A stretch of DNA of 64,000 nt. Origin: Psammoneis japonica (lineage: Eukaryota). This document shows positions 23,201 through 35,573 of the stretch, in pieces. Under the pieces are notes generated by a model, which made no database searches, was not told the origin of the DNA, and worked only from the letters and a program-made list of their open reading frames with translations. Made by a program: the position numbers and the translations under genes. The stretch covers positions 124,001-188,000 of the forward strand of contig QPGO01000023.1 in the NCBI GenBank assembly GCA_008632985.1, read 5' to 3'. Numbering within the stretch: position 1 is the first letter of the stretch; every line of letters starts with the position of its first letter.

Positions 23201-23560
23201 GGAAGCTTGTACCTCTCCAAAAGCTCCGAGAAGCACCCTTCACTCAAATCACGCAAATTTCTTGAGAGCATAAACTGAAGCATCTGCAGCATAGCTTCAT
23301 CGATTCAACAAGACAGACGGCAAGTGAAGAGGCCATTTTGAAGGTTGGATGCTTGCAGTGCGTCTCAAGTACTCTCCTCTCCTGTAAGGCATCCAATTGC
23401 TTCGTGTGGACCCAAGATGCGGCCCCGACTGACGTTCTGGCTTCAAGCGACCGGAAATGGAAGAAAAACGACGGCCAAGCATTCTTGCAGTGTCGGACTG
23501 CGACTCGCCCTCTCTGCAGAAGGACGACTACCATTCATACGTGTGTAGCAAAGAAACATT
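21508..23560 (+). pseudogene. Decayed intron-containing gene of unknown product
   Basis: ATG at 21508, 9-codon exon, GTGAGT..TAG intron 21535-21619, then a protein-like frame interrupted by TGA codons (plausibly former CGA). Confidence 0.35.
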
Positions 23561-23604
23561 TAGTGGAACAATTCGCACTAATGAATAGCTCCATAATTGG
23601 CAAG

Positions 23605-23928
23605 TGCCATGCTTACCTCGATGACGCACTCGCTTCGTTTTGCCTTCATTGCAGCCACATTAATTATTTTAAAACAATGCCTGAGATTGAAAGTGCATCG
23701 GGTATTAATGCGGCTTTGAGTTGCCTTTCTCCAATAGTTGATCACCGTCGCCTCCGTGACTTTTGCCATGCTTACCTCGATGATCGCACTCGCTTCTTTT
23801 TGCCTTCATTGCAGCCACATTATCTTTTTAAAACAATGCCTGAGATTGAAAGTGCATCGGGGTATTAACACGGCTTTGAGTTGCCTTTCTCCAATAGTTG
23901 ATCACCGTCGCCTCCGTGATTTTTGCCA
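23605..23928 (+). repeat. Near-identical ~159-bp tandem duplication
   Basis: tgccatgcttacctcgatga...gatcaccgtcgcctccgtga repeated at 23605 and 23764. Confidence 0.9.
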
Positions 23929-24761
23929 GAGGCATAATGAACGTGGTGAGATATGCAAACAAGCCTCTTAAAGATCCATCATCCGCCAAATAATTCAAGT
24001 GTGGTGTTTCCTCTTTCCCACGTAATCTGTCTCTAGGCTTTTGTATCTGCTGACTCGTCATGCAGTCCTCGGTATAGTAGCTGCAAAATGCTGCGCTGTG
24101 AGTAGTGGAAAGAACCGTGAATGAGAACTGTGCATTACTGCCGGAACTCTGTTTCAATCCATGGTCATGCATGCATCTGAAATGTCGGTAAAAAGGATTG
24201 AGCAAGTCGTTGCGCATACATCGTTGGCGAACAGTAGAGGAGAGAACTTTCATGACACAGAGCACAAGTTCCAAATGAAAACGTTGACTCTTACAATTCT
24301 GCACAGTGTACAAGAAGTAAGCATTTTTATAGAAGAACTTTTTGTCGAACGCAAAATATGAGCAAGAGAAAGACTCACTGATCCAGTCCTTCAGTAGGGT
24401 GCTTTTCGTCATTATACATCGGATTTAGATTCAATACAGTGCATGCATCTCGGTAATCAACAGAAGCTGATTAACGCCGTCGATAAGCAAAGAACACATC
24501 GACAGCAGGATTATGCCATGCATGATGCGGGGCTTGGTGTCACAATGAGGCTGCCAGCTGTTGCGAGTCCACAACGACACGATAGAAACTAACGGACGAA
24601 AGGGACACGAGGTCATGCTCTCCGTCATCCTGTGCGAGTGCTCTCTGTATATGTTTCATTCTGTCCATTTCGTGACCTGGAAAGGACGTCAAAGCACAAG
24701 GCACTGGTAAGGCTGCAGGGCATCTTGCAATGCAAAATTCTCCACGACCAAATCCTTAATT

Positions 24762-25895
24762 TTAGATAGTAGGGCCATTATCAATTTCCATCTCCTCTGC
24801 CCTTTCTCTTTCGTCATTCATGGCGTACGAAAGGTACTGCAAAATCTCTTCATCGGATGATCCGGTGACCTTGTAAAAGCCAGTAAAAGGATAAGACAAG
24901 TCATAGCAAACCACAGCAAGAGAAGCCAAAGTTCCCACGAGCGCTCCCCACAATAGTCTTAATTGAGTATCTGCCACAAAAAACAAGGCATCAACATCCG
25001 TTTCAATCAAGAACGCCAAGCAAATGGCAGACGCCAACACGGTCAGTAAGAGATAGTGCGTCACCGGAAAGGTGGAGCTCATACTTGCTATTCGTATAGC
25101 ACGCTGAGTGTTAATCCTAGTGACGGCATCCAAAGCTCCAGAGAGTATTGCATCGGGGATAGACAAGGAGCAAGCCGGATCGTGATTATCGCGAATCAGT
25201 TTGTCTAGCTCCGAAACAAACCTTTTCAACGATTTGGCGCTTTTCATCGCGTACTGGTCGATTGATGCTCCAAGCACAGCTCCCTCTAGTATATCCTGCG
25301 CATAAACTTTGAGGTATTTCTTTGCCTTGTCACCATGCGTACTCTCGACCCTTTCCAGTAGTTGAAATGTGAAGCGAATCTCCTCCACTTCTTGTGCTAT
25401 GCAACTTCGAATGGTATCTTGACGACCATACAAGTTGGAGATAGTGGTCGATACCAATGTACCAAAGAGTATCGAGATACATGCAATCATGGGCCCATTG
25501 ATAGACGGAGCTAGAAAGCTCGCTGCGAGCTTGCCACCATCAGCAGATTCCCATGTTCGACGGGATACGAGCTCAATGAATGAGTGCAGTGCATGGGATG
25601 ATTCCTCGTATCCAAAGTAAGCAACGACAGCGGATATGAATGGTATAAAGACGAGATCCAAGTGACCGACATGATTCTGTGCTTTCACTTTCTCCTTGAA
25701 CGCCCTGGTCGATGGAGGTGGTGGAGAAGGCAACAGGGACGCATGTAATGGCCTCCGCAAAACGGATTTTTCTGAAAGATAATGGACATCTCGCCATGCC
25801 AGCCTACTTTTTGATGAAACGAATGATGCACTGCTGTGAACATTAGCGAAAAGGATTAAAGATATCAGGAGTTGTCGGACGTCAATCTTCATCAT
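24762..25895 (-). CDS. DUF4239/bestrophin-like membrane protein, probably plastid-targeted
   Basis: Signal peptide followed by SASF; ISILFGTLVSTTISNLYGRQ..IR....QEV, R..R...FP.HY..L, DLSYPFTGFY motifs. Confidence 0.75.
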   Translation of the reverse strand: MMKIDVRQLLISLILFANVHSSASFVSSKSRLAWRDVHYLSEKSVLRRPLHASLLPSPPPPSTRAFKEKVKAQNHVGHLDLVFIPFISAVVAYFGYEESSHALHSFIELVSRRTWESADGGKLAASFLAPSINGPMIACISILFGTLVSTTISNLYGRQDTIRSCIAQEVEEIRFTFQLLERVESTHGDKAKKYLKVYAQDILEGAVLGASIDQYAMKSAKSLKRFVSELDKLIRDNHDPACSLSIPDAILSGALDAVTRINTQRAIRIASMSSTFPVTHYLLLTVLASAICLAFLIETDVDALFFVADTQLRLLWGALVGTLASLAVVCYDLSYPFTGFYKVTGSSDEEILQYLSYAMNDERERAEEMEIDNGPTI

Positions 25896-26118
25896 GGTGC
25901 ATACCGCATACCACTTCTTGCAAAATGGCGAAGATATTGAGCGTCAGTCGAACGAGTCACGTTCGAAACGTGGGAGACAAGACAGAAAACGACACTTTCT
26001 TATGCCCCTCACTTTCATAAAATCTATTCGGCTTCGAATAAAATGGTATTTGCATCTATGACTTCGCGTCTCAGCTCACACACGCTCACAATTTGACGGT
26101 GAAGACAACAAGCGCACA

Positions 26119-27705
26119 ATGAAAAGAAAGAATATTGTGCCGATCCGGACGGCACTAGTCCTTGTCTTTTTCACAATCCATGGAGGCATACAGTTGCGAT
26201 TGCTCCTAGTATCAACAAACTCAAAAGAAAGCACAAACTGGCAAAAAGAAACATTCCACCAACCAATTGTCGAAACGCCACCACAAACCGATGATATAAA
26301 ACCAACCAGACATTTCAATGTATCAACTTCGAATGCTTTTGCCTCATCATCGACGGCAGAGAAGGAAAAAGATTGGGAATTTCTACCCGCAGATAGCAAA
26401 AAAATCCGTAAATGGGGATGCGGCAGAACAGAGACACCGTTCATCTTTGTGCACATTGGAAAGGCTGGCGGGGGGAGCGTACGAGCGAGATTAGCAGCCA
26501 GCAGTCACAATTATACACGAACAAAACCATTGCAACGGGACCTGTCATTTTATCCAATTGGAGGTAGCAACGAAACTGTGGCTCGTTCCTGCAATAGCTG
26601 TTTCTTACACCGACGCCCAACAAAGGAATTTGCGTACGAGGGAACACGACTTTGCCAAGCTAAAACCCCGTTGGGTAGAGCCATTGGATGCCCTGAAGCT
26701 ACTGAGCAATATGCGCAAGAGCTTGGTGGAGTGGCGGATGTTTGTGCACTAGATAGCGATGAGTGTCGACTCGTTTACTTTGGTCATAATATTTTCGGTG
26801 CCGAGATGCACTGGCTTCCGGGGCCTTACCTATCAAAATGGTGGTCCTCGCGGTGGGGCAACAATCCGATGACTCCACTATTTGATTTACTGCATCCAAA
26901 GAATCATTGGTGTTTTTATATAAGCAAGGATCGACCCGACACTAGATATGACTACAAGGAGAAGTATCAACAGTGCTCTATCCCATTGCAAAAATCGGCG
27001 GACAAACAAGCAATAAAATCCCTTTCTCGTTTGATGGCGAAAAATGGCCAATCCGAAATTACATCTTGGGCTCCAGTATACTCATCCATGCCAGTTCTCA
27101 GAGCAACCTTGGTTAGAGACCCACTCGACTGGATACTCTCCAAATTCTTGTGGCATCGCAAACAAAGAAACGTTGAAATGTACGACAAGTGTGACGATAT
27201 AGATCTTGCGGTGCAACAAGGCGTTGTAATACCGGAAAACCAAAGCGGCATGGACAGTAGCGCGCCGGGTTGGCTCATTCGCATGTCACTCGGATACATT
27301 ATGCAATTGTGTGGGGAGGACTGTATTTCGCGATATGCTGCAGGAACAGCCACATTGGAGGATCTCGAAAGGCAGGCGGAAGGCAACCTAAGACAAGGAT
27401 TTGCCGTTGTGGGTGTGCTTGAGGATGGCGTTGACGTATTTTTCGAAATGATTTCAAAGCGTGTTGAATACATTGATACATCGCTCAACCAACAGATAGT
27501 GGGTATGCGGCATTCAACTCAGGGAAGTCCAGAGATGAGTGTCTGTCGCAAGCGGTTTCAGGATCCGGAGTTTCAAAAGGAGCTTTTTGCTAGGGCACCC
27601 GAATTTGAGGCTCTGACTCGACTGTACAAAGTTGCAAAGGAAGTCAATGAATTTCAAAAGCATGAGCTAGAGAAGTGTCCAGGAAATGCTCTCTCCGAAA
27701 GATAA
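26119..27705 (+). CDS. Type II membrane sulfotransferase-like protein
   Basis: N-terminal TM; 5'-PAPS-like FVHIGKAGGGS; 3'-PAPS-like TLVRDPLDWILSKF; FAVVGVLE. Confidence 0.75.
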   Translation: MKRKNIVPIRTALVLVFFTIHGGIQLRLLLVSTNSKESTNWQKETFHQPIVETPPQTDDIKPTRHFNVSTSNAFASSSTAEKEKDWEFLPADSKKIRKWGCGRTETPFIFVHIGKAGGGSVRARLAASSHNYTRTKPLQRDLSFYPIGGSNETVARSCNSCFLHRRPTKEFAYEGTRLCQAKTPLGRAIGCPEATEQYAQELGGVADVCALDSDECRLVYFGHNIFGAEMHWLPGPYLSKWWSSRWGNNPMTPLFDLLHPKNHWCFYISKDRPDTRYDYKEKYQQCSIPLQKSADKQAIKSLSRLMAKNGQSEITSWAPVYSSMPVLRATLVRDPLDWILSKFLWHRKQRNVEMYDKCDDIDLAVQQGVVIPENQSGMDSSAPGWLIRMSLGYIMQLCGEDCISRYAAGTATLEDLERQAEGNLRQGFAVVGVLEDGVDVFFEMISKRVEYIDTSLNQQIVGMRHSTQGSPEMSVCRKRFQDPEFQKELFARAPEFEALTRLYKVAKEVNEFQKHELEKCPGNALSER

Positions 27706-28199
27706 TGGAAATGATACGGATTCCCTGATTCACACAGTCTACCTGATGCACCGCCACAGTAGACAATTTGCAAGAAAAGGAATTCACGATAACAAATGAG
27801 AGTGCAGCACGGCTCAATCTCTTGCTTTGAATGGGTTTCTGGGCGAGTACAGAGCAAGTACCTTCAACCTGGTGCGCAGAACCTACAATCCGAGTCTCGC
27901 TGTAAGTCGTTGGATAATCATCGTGTTGACTCTATACAACTTACACTGCAAACGACGGCTACAGAAGAAATCGTGGGGTAGAAGAAACAATGAGAAACTT
28001 CGTCACATTGGGTGTTGCTCGCCATTTGGTACCTCCTAGAGTTGTAGATCGTGTGTACCGTTTAGCATTGGACCATGTCCTCTAGCTGAAACAAGAAGTA
28101 CACTCCTACCAGAAATAGCTAGCTTGTCAAAGATGTATAGATCTTTAGTGTATAGGTTCGCGCTCGCCTAGTTGGTCATGAATCACTCCTTTCGACTAT

Positions 28200-29701
28200 C
28201 TATTCCCCAAATGATTTCCCAGAACACTCCTCCAGTTCCTTTCGTTGAAACTCATTGACTTCTTTTGCGACTAGATACAGTCGATTGAGAACTCTTAATT
28301 CACGTGACTCCTTCAGCAATTGCGTTTGAAGAACTGGGTCCTGGAAGCGACCCTGACAATCGAGCACTTCCTCTCTTGTTCCAGTCGAATGCCTCTTTCC
28401 TTGGACATGAGGATTGAGCGACGTGTCAATGTAGCGTATTCGTGTCGACAACATGTCATAAAACACATGATCGCCATCTTCCATCACACCCACTACTGCA
28501 AATCCCTGACGCAAATTGCTCTCGGCCTGCAACTCCAAGTCCTCCAACGTGGCAGTGCCCGTATCATATCTGACAATGCAGTCTTCCCCACAAAGAAACA
28601 TAATGTACCCGAGTGACATGCGGTTGATCCATCCCGGTCCAACGCTACCCATTGCAGATTTGTTTGTGGGGACATGTATCTCCCTTCGAACACCAAACGC
28701 TATATTGTCACACTTTTGCTGTTGTTCATTTTGTCTTTGCGATGCCAGAAGAACTTGGACACTAACCAAGAAAACGGATCTCGAACAAGAGTGACTCTGA
28801 GAACGGGAAGAGATGCGTAAATTGGAGCCCATGAAGTGATAATAGATTGATCATTGCTGGGTAGCAAGTGAGAAAGCGATTGAGTTGCTCTGGCGTCCGC
28901 ATGGCCTTGCAAAGGTATGGAGCAATTACTGTACAGGTCGATGTAATCTTGCTTGTTGTATGGTCGACTTGTATTGAAGCGTGGACACCAGGAAGCATGA
29001 TTAGGAGACAAGCGCTCCCATAAGGAAGAAAATGAATTCTTCCCGAATCGATACGACCACCACTTTGAGAGATAAGGTCCTGGAAGCCAATGCATTTCAG
29101 ATCCAAAAATCGTATGCCCCATGAATACTAACCGACATTCGTCCGCATCCAAAGAGCATACACCCGGGTCAGTGGTTTTTATCCTATTGTATCGCTTGGT
29201 ATGCTCTGGACACGCAATCGCTCTTCCTAGAGGGGTCGACGCTTGGCATACGTGGCATCCTTCAAAATGTCTCTCCCAAACTGGACGACGGTGTGAAAAG
29301 CAGCTGTTGCAAGCCCTCGCGATTGTGCTATTGTCAATCGGATAGTACGACATGTCTTGTTCGAGCACCTCTTGACTCGTATAATTGAGACTACTCGCAG
29401 CTATTCTTGCTCGTACGCTTCCTCCGCCGGCCTTTCCAATATGAACAAACACAAAGGGGGTCTCTGTACGATCGCATCCCCATTTACGAATGTTTTTGCT
29501 TTCGGCAGACTGAAACCTCCAATGTTCGTCCTCGTATGGCTTAGGCAGTGGTGTCATCGCATGGCTTGACATGTAGCTTTCTTGTCGTTCATTCATGATG
29601 GAGCTAGAGATTGTCGCTACCGAGACCATCAGAAACTGTGTGCATACAAGCACTAATACGCTGACGAGAATCCATGCCGGAATTCTTTGCGACAGTTCCA
29701 T
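28200..29701 (-). CDS. Sulfotransferase-like paralog in convergent orientation; 1-bp frameshift near 28715
   Basis: Collinear with 26119-27705 (IRKWGC.RTETPF.FVHIGKAGGGSVRAR; RMSLGYIM.LCGEDCI). The two ORFs join if one base is added to the T-run at 28714-28717. Confidence 0.75.
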
Positions 29702-29998
29702 TTTCTCTGCGCGACTTACAGCGCATGTAGCTCTAACTTCCGACTACTGTACTTTACTCTTCCAGTCGATGAGAGACGAGGATAGGGACGTCGTGATTGC
29801 GGTGAGCAAAGGGTGTGAGGTGTGAGTGTGAGCTTTCGGAGGCTCATCACTGTTTCTCTCTAGTTTTTCTCGCACATTTTTTGGCGCGAAGAGTGTACGT
29901 CTGTCGTGCGTCTCATGTCATTTTCGCGCGTTTGCATGCGCGCCGCATTTTTTGTTTCGCCCCCAGCATACCGTAGACAGCATCTCATCACTCCCACC

Positions 29999-31452
29999 AT
30001 GATTGTCTTGAAAAACATGTTCCCGTTGACGCGCTTGTCACTACAACGATGCAGCAAACGACTGTTCTTCCAAGCCTCTGGTTCTCGTGCTTATGAATTT
30101 TATAATTCCACATGCAAGAACAATCGTAATGTTTGTCATACCCAGCGACATTTTTCATCGCAACAACGGTCGGTGATGAGTGATGATGTGACGGGCATAT
30201 TGTCGATACCTCCTCCGTATCTTCGTGGCATGGATCCAAACAACTTTGATGAAACAACTCGTCAACGAACAGATGTTGTATTTGACGTCGAGAACTGCAA
30301 GCCTGCCGATGATTCTCACAACAGAAATAAAGAAAGTACACAATATCAAGCTGTGAAAGAGTCGGTGATGAGTATTCAATCGAGTGGGCCGATGGAGTGA
30401 TTTCACGATATTCAAGTGAATGGGTAGAGAGTACCTTGGCAAAGTGGAATCAATCGTATGAACCAAAGTTAAATCGCATCATGTGGTCCAACCTCAAAGA
30501 ATCCGATGTGCGATCTGCCATGTCTATGAACTTTCAGGACGTTGTGTCTGCACCAGACGGAATGACGACTGCATTGCGGACGCTTTATCAATATGGTATT
30601 TTGCTCGTAACAGAAACTCCTATAGACGATGGTGGCTGTGGTGTAGCTGCTCTGGCGTCCGCCGTGAGTGGCGGATCCATCAAGAACCTCGAGACCACGT
30701 CGCTCTTGGCAAACTACAACAAGTCCAAGGGAAAGGACGGAACTATTTCTCTCCCCAATGGTACCGATGGGCCCTTAAGAACCCTCTATGGTACGGTCTG
30801 GTCTACGGTTTCTTCTGGGCAGCCTGAAGGATCTAGTGTTGCGGACTCTGCCTATGGACAAGGAGCACTGCCTCTTCATACCGACATGACATATCTCTCA
30901 GATCCACCCGGACTACAAATATTTGCAATGGTCACGCCAGCGGTTTCTGGAGGAGAATCCGTGTATGCGGATGGTTTTGCACTTGCCAATCGTCTCCGCC
31001 AAGAAAATCCCGATGCCTTTTCGGTTTTGTCTCGTGTCGAACGCACCTATCAATCCATGGATCCCGCCACGGGTTGGCACCTGGAGGCACACGGACCAGT
31101 GATTTCCACACGACCCAATACGGGAGAGATTGTATCGATTCGTCACAATGATCTCGATCGACTCCCCGATTTACCGCCCCACTACATGACACCGGATGAA
31201 TGTCAAACATCATTTTATGAAAAATTATGGAACGCACACGAGGCCTGGAACGAGCTGTTGAGGGACGATGAGTTTCGTCTCGTCATGGCTTTGCAATCGG
31301 GTGACACGGTTCTTGTAGCCAATCAACGATGCATGCATGGTCGCTTTAGCTTTCAAGCGGACGCTGCGTCACCAAGATCCATCATGGGTTGTTACACGAG
31401 TCAAGATGAATTGAATTCGAGGTTTCGAATGGAGGGATTCCATGTTGCCTAG
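29999..31452 (+). CDS. TauD/TfdA-family Fe(II)/2OG dioxygenase, gamma-butyrobetaine/trimethyllysine hydroxylase-like; frameshift near 30334
   Basis: LPLHTDMTY..DPPGLQIF, GGES.YADGF, ANQRCMHGR; N-terminal-domain IEWADG..SRY is restored by adding one A near 30334. Confidence 0.85.
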
Positions 31453-32024
31453 AAAGAGCAGCAGCGTTGAATGCATTGTAGTTCTAAAATTGCTGGTCCA
31501 GGTCGGCTCATAGTGCGAACGGGAATTTAAATACCAAGCTATTGCCCTCTAGGTCCAGTAGAGATCCTCTAGTTCGGAAAAACCAGATGCTTTGTTCGAT
31601 AGCTGTTGTTGGCGGTTGATCGCTGACGCAATCGAACCGTGAGGGGAGAGATCAGGTTGCAATGCCGATGAGAAAATTGATTGCAACGTACGCTTGCGCT
31701 CTGCAGGATGTTGTAGTAAGAGTACTCAATCCAAGATGAAAGTGCGACAAACCATAAAGGTATTATGCAACAGAATCTAGACAGTGCTTGTACTAGATGT
31801 ACAGAACACGTTATCTTACTTCTTCTCTCCCCTGTGTTTCGCGCTGCTTTGTCTCGAGATTTTTCTCTTATCCGACTGTTTCCCTTTGCAGCGCGCGTTT
31901 GTGATTTTGACAATCAGGCACGCCTTGTTGAATTAACAAAGATGACCACTATGAACAATGTGTCCACCTTCCAGCGGCGGCGAGTAATCCTCCGGTATCT
32001 CGAGAGGTTTCGACGGTTTCAACT

Positions 32025-32884
32025 CTAACGTGGTGTTACGTCTGTCACGCTTCTTGGACTGAGAACTCTGTCCAAGAAAAGATCCAAGTGCTGCGTCGAC
32101 GAGGAATCGTCGTCGCTGTCACTCTCCGTCACCGTGATCACCTCTATTGTTTCTTGCTTTGGTGGGGGTCACGGGCATCTTCTTGCACCGACGCGCATTT
32201 ACTCTTCTCCGCTTTTGTTGCAATCTGCAGCGAAAGCTTTGTAGTTTCGACTCGTTGCTCCTCCATAGCTCGCAAGTAATCATCTTTGATCGACTTGTTC
32301 TCAGTGTCTAGAGCATAGATATCATTCAACACGTTCATTTCCATCACGGTCGCATCCTCTGTCTCTCGTACAATGGTTGTCTTTAGAAATCCAAGAAACT
32401 CTTCGCATCGTTTTGCGGCCAACGTTGACTGAAATAGATAAGCACCCAGCACTTGAGAAGCTCGACATAGCTGAGCTTCCAATGACATGATGTAGGACGA
32501 CTGAATATTGTCTTCCTCTCGACGGGCCTTTTTTACTATCTCAATGTAGGTTTGTGGAGGTGTCGAAAGTTTCGGCTTGCTTGATTCCATTATTGTCCAA
32601 AACTTGTTTTCGTTGAGTTGCATGACACGCTCGTATTCTGCAATGTCGACCTTGAATTGAGAAATCTCGATTGATCGCAAGGACCGAATCTCTTCTAGTT
32701 TGGAACGAACCCGAGCAATCTGAACGTCAAAGTCAGCCAACGACTCCAAGAGGTCAAACTTGTCAACGCTGGTATTCGATGCTGTTTCCACCGTTTCATC
32801 TCCGTCTACCCCAAACGAAGACGAGGGTGTTTTCAAAGGACCTTGGAAATCCTCTTGAACCGGCGTTGCAGCGGCGTTTCCCAT
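32025..32884 (-). CDS. Coiled-coil hypothetical protein, possible N-myristoylation (MGNAA); probable frameshift near 32165
   Basis: 252-aa ORF in the track. The frame continues (PPKQETIEVITVTESDSDDD...) if one C is added in the C-run. Confidence 0.6.
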
Positions 32885-33467
32885 GACTTTGGGATCTCTC
32901 AATAAAAGTGAAGCCTTTAGTTCGGTTTTAGGAACGATTCAATCACGCATAAGATTGCCATCCCATCCCACAACGATCGAAAGGGAATGGATAAATAATT
33001 TCTTTACAGGATTCACTGCACCAAATAGGATAGTCATCGAAAGAGATCAAATTTTCGAATTTCAAATTTATCGTGTGTTTAAGTAATCATATTCAAAATT
33101 GTATACCACTCTTAGGTCTGAATAATATCATACATTTTTCCCCGGTCATTTCTCTAAGTAAACTACCACTATTCGCTTTTTAGTTCGTTTTATGCGTTGA
33201 GTTGAAGTTCCGATCGTGCTCGTCCGTCACCCGCCCGTCACGCACCCGACCCACGACGACACGTCATCATTGGAGGGAATTTTGTGATTTCGAAATTTCC
33301 GCGATGCGATGAACGATGTGCGGTGACCACAACATGCCGTGTACACCACGCAAATGATTCAGTTCATCGCATCCAAAATTGGCTATTCATAATCACCCTG
33401 AGAAGCAACTACCGGTATACTAAACAAACAAGCAAACAAAGCTCCTTTGATTTACTCTTTGGGTTGA

Positions 33468-34616
33468 ATGAAAAGAATGCCTGCAGCTTGCAAAAATCTG
33501 CTTCGTAAGAACAAGGTGCTTTCCGTCAAGACAGCTTTCGATCGGTTTTGGATTGTCATGTCTGTTTTGGCAGTTCTAAAGTCGTTCAAGCCTTGCATGG
33601 TTGAAGCTTTCGTCGCAAGACAAATCAAATTTTCGTTTGGGTCGACACACACAAAATGTTTTTATGTGTCGGAAAATCAACTGCAGCCAATGAGTTTTAC
33701 CGGAGCAGTCTCGACTCTCCGACCAAACGTCTTCTCTTCCAACAGAATCACTCGTCGAAGCCTGCACTTTATGATGACTTCTGACGATGACGACAGTACA
33801 GACGAGACCGCTCTAAGAAAATCAATAGACAGTGAATGGAACATGGGTGGTTTGAAAAAAGAGGTTGCGAGATTGATTTTTCGTTGTCACAAGAAAATTG
33901 GCAAAGCCTCTACGCGTCTAAAGAATGCCAAGGCGACTGTGGAAGACTTGCTGCAAGACGACAATGCCTCCATGGAAGATTTAGAAAACTGTCCCAACGT
34001 CGATGTGCTTGAATTTGAATTAACGGAGCTTCAAAGTCGTCTCGGGAAACTCAATGAATTGGAAGAAAAGATAAAATCGATCAAAAAGAAACATGCGGTA
34101 CTCCCCGAGGACGTGGCTACTCTTGCGTTGGAGTTGGAGGTAAATGACGAGCCCCCTGTAAGAAAGCCTCAACAAAAGAAAAAGCGCAAAGGACCCAAAG
34201 TGGAACCGAAACGACTGCCATACCGACGATACTACACACTTGACAAGACAGAAATTCGCGTCGGTAAACAGGCTGCCGATAACGATATGCTATCTACATC
34301 TCCAGAACATCGCAACGGATCCGATTGGTGGATGCATGCTAGCGGATGCCCTGGAAGTCATGTGGTGATTCGTTGCGATGATGAAAACTTGGATTCAGAA
34401 GTAGTTCAAGATGCCGCTTCCTTGGCTGCTCGACAATCCAAGTGCCAAGGAAACAACATCAAGGTGTCGCTGACTCGATGTCGACAGGTGACCAAACCTC
34501 CTGGTGCCAAGCCGGGGCTAGTACAGCTTAATGGACGGATCCGTACGATTACGGTCAATATGCACGAAGCCGAGGCGAGACTGAAACGTTTGGATGAAAC
34601 GGTGCAAATAAACTAG
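33468..34616 (+). CDS. NFACT RNA-binding (DUF814) domain protein with coiled coil, probably plastid-targeted
   Basis: IRVGKQAADND.LS....DWWMHASGCPGSHVVIR..DAASLAA..SK...VTKPPGAKPGLV; start codon uncertain. Confidence 0.85.
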   Translation: MKRMPAACKNLLRKNKVLSVKTAFDRFWIVMSVLAVLKSFKPCMVEAFVARQIKFSFGSTHTKCFYVSENQLQPMSFTGAVSTLRPNVFSSNRITRRSLHFMMTSDDDDSTDETALRKSIDSEWNMGGLKKEVARLIFRCHKKIGKASTRLKNAKATVEDLLQDDNASMEDLENCPNVDVLEFELTELQSRLGKLNELEEKIKSIKKKHAVLPEDVATLALELEVNDEPPVRKPQQKKKRKGPKVEPKRLPYRRYYTLDKTEIRVGKQAADNDMLSTSPEHRNGSDWWMHASGCPGSHVVIRCDDENLDSEVVQDAASLAARQSKCQGNNIKVSLTRCRQVTKPPGAKPGLVQLNGRIRTITVNMHEAEARLKRLDETVQIN

Positions 34617-34697
34617 AGTTTTGTGCCTCTGCTTTACTTGTAATAGCCAGATTCAAGATGCCCTCCTTTAGCTTTTCTTTTTATTGTACCACCCCGC

Positions 34698-35081
34698 TCA
34701 CACTTTTTCTTTGTTTTCGTTTTCGTCTTCAACCGCCTTTGGTCCCGCCCAATTTCGTCGAACCTCTTCTTGTAGATCGGGGCGTACTGCCACCAATATG
34801 CCCGTCAAAATCAAGGGCATGAAAATTGTAAATACCAATGGATCGACACCAAACACTCTTATTTGCTCTGATCTATCCATCTCGCGAATCGACTCTGTCA
34901 GTGGAGGCCGTGATGACAAAACACCTGCGCCACGTGCTTTCAGCTTGCCAGTCCGCTTGAGCTTGCGTTTCTTCGCCGATGTAATCATGCCTCTGCAAGG
35001 CATCTTGGCAATAGCAAAGCTCCTCCCTTGAGAACTCTGTGATATCCGCGCCCTTGTATGTTGACAAATTCGTCGAAACAT
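34698..35081 (-). CDS. Small single-pass membrane protein, mitochondrial-type presequence
   Basis: Arg/Ser-rich N-terminus, one hydrophobic helix; divergent from RPB12. Confidence 0.55.
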   Translation of the reverse strand: MFRRICQHTRARISQSSQGRSFAIAKMPCRGMITSAKKRKLKRTGKLKARGAGVLSSRPPLTESIREMDRSEQIRVFGVDPLVFTIFMPLILTGILVAVRPDLQEEVRRNWAGPKAVEDENENKEKV

Positions 35082-35258
35082 TTTGAGGTACTTGTATTAG
35101 AGGTTAACACTTGCGGCCCTTCTTCTCGTGAATAAGCGAAAGAAAGTGAGATGATGTCGTCCGTCGTCCGCTTTTTCCCTCGAGTTTTTTTCTGCGGTCG
35201 CGACACTTGAGACGGCAACATACCACACCACATAATATCACCGCAACTAAACTCCACC

Positions 35259-35573
35259 ATGACGAGCAACGCTCCTGCTTCTGCGACACCTAGTAGCACC
35301 TCCTTAACAACTCCAGGCGTACCCATAATCAAGGGAGTGGAATACAAATGTGGTGATTGTGGTGCACGAAATGTCATCAAGCCGGGTGATCCCGTTCGCT
35401 GTCGGCAGTGTGGATTTCGTATCCTCTACAAGACACGTACCAAACGATGTGAGTGCTATACTAGCAAGAGTTATGCAAGGAGTTTTTTTCTGTGCATCAT
35501 GTGTTATTCTTCTCACTTGTGACCTTTGAATGTTCGCTACTTTCCTTTAGTGATTCAATTCGAGGCGAGATAG
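35259..35573 (+). CDS. RPB12: RNA polymerase I/II/III shared subunit RPB12 (RPABC4); intron 35449-35550
   Basis: [32 protein letters not shown]; splicing gives LIQFEAR*. Confidence 0.95.

Noticed and set aside
23828..24720. Transposase remnant
   Set aside because: No DDE, RT or helicase motif recognised in any frame.
30330..30400. Programmed frameshifting or split genes (also at 40503 and 61221)
   Set aside because: Same 1-bp homopolymer pattern in many unrelated genes; assembly error is simpler.
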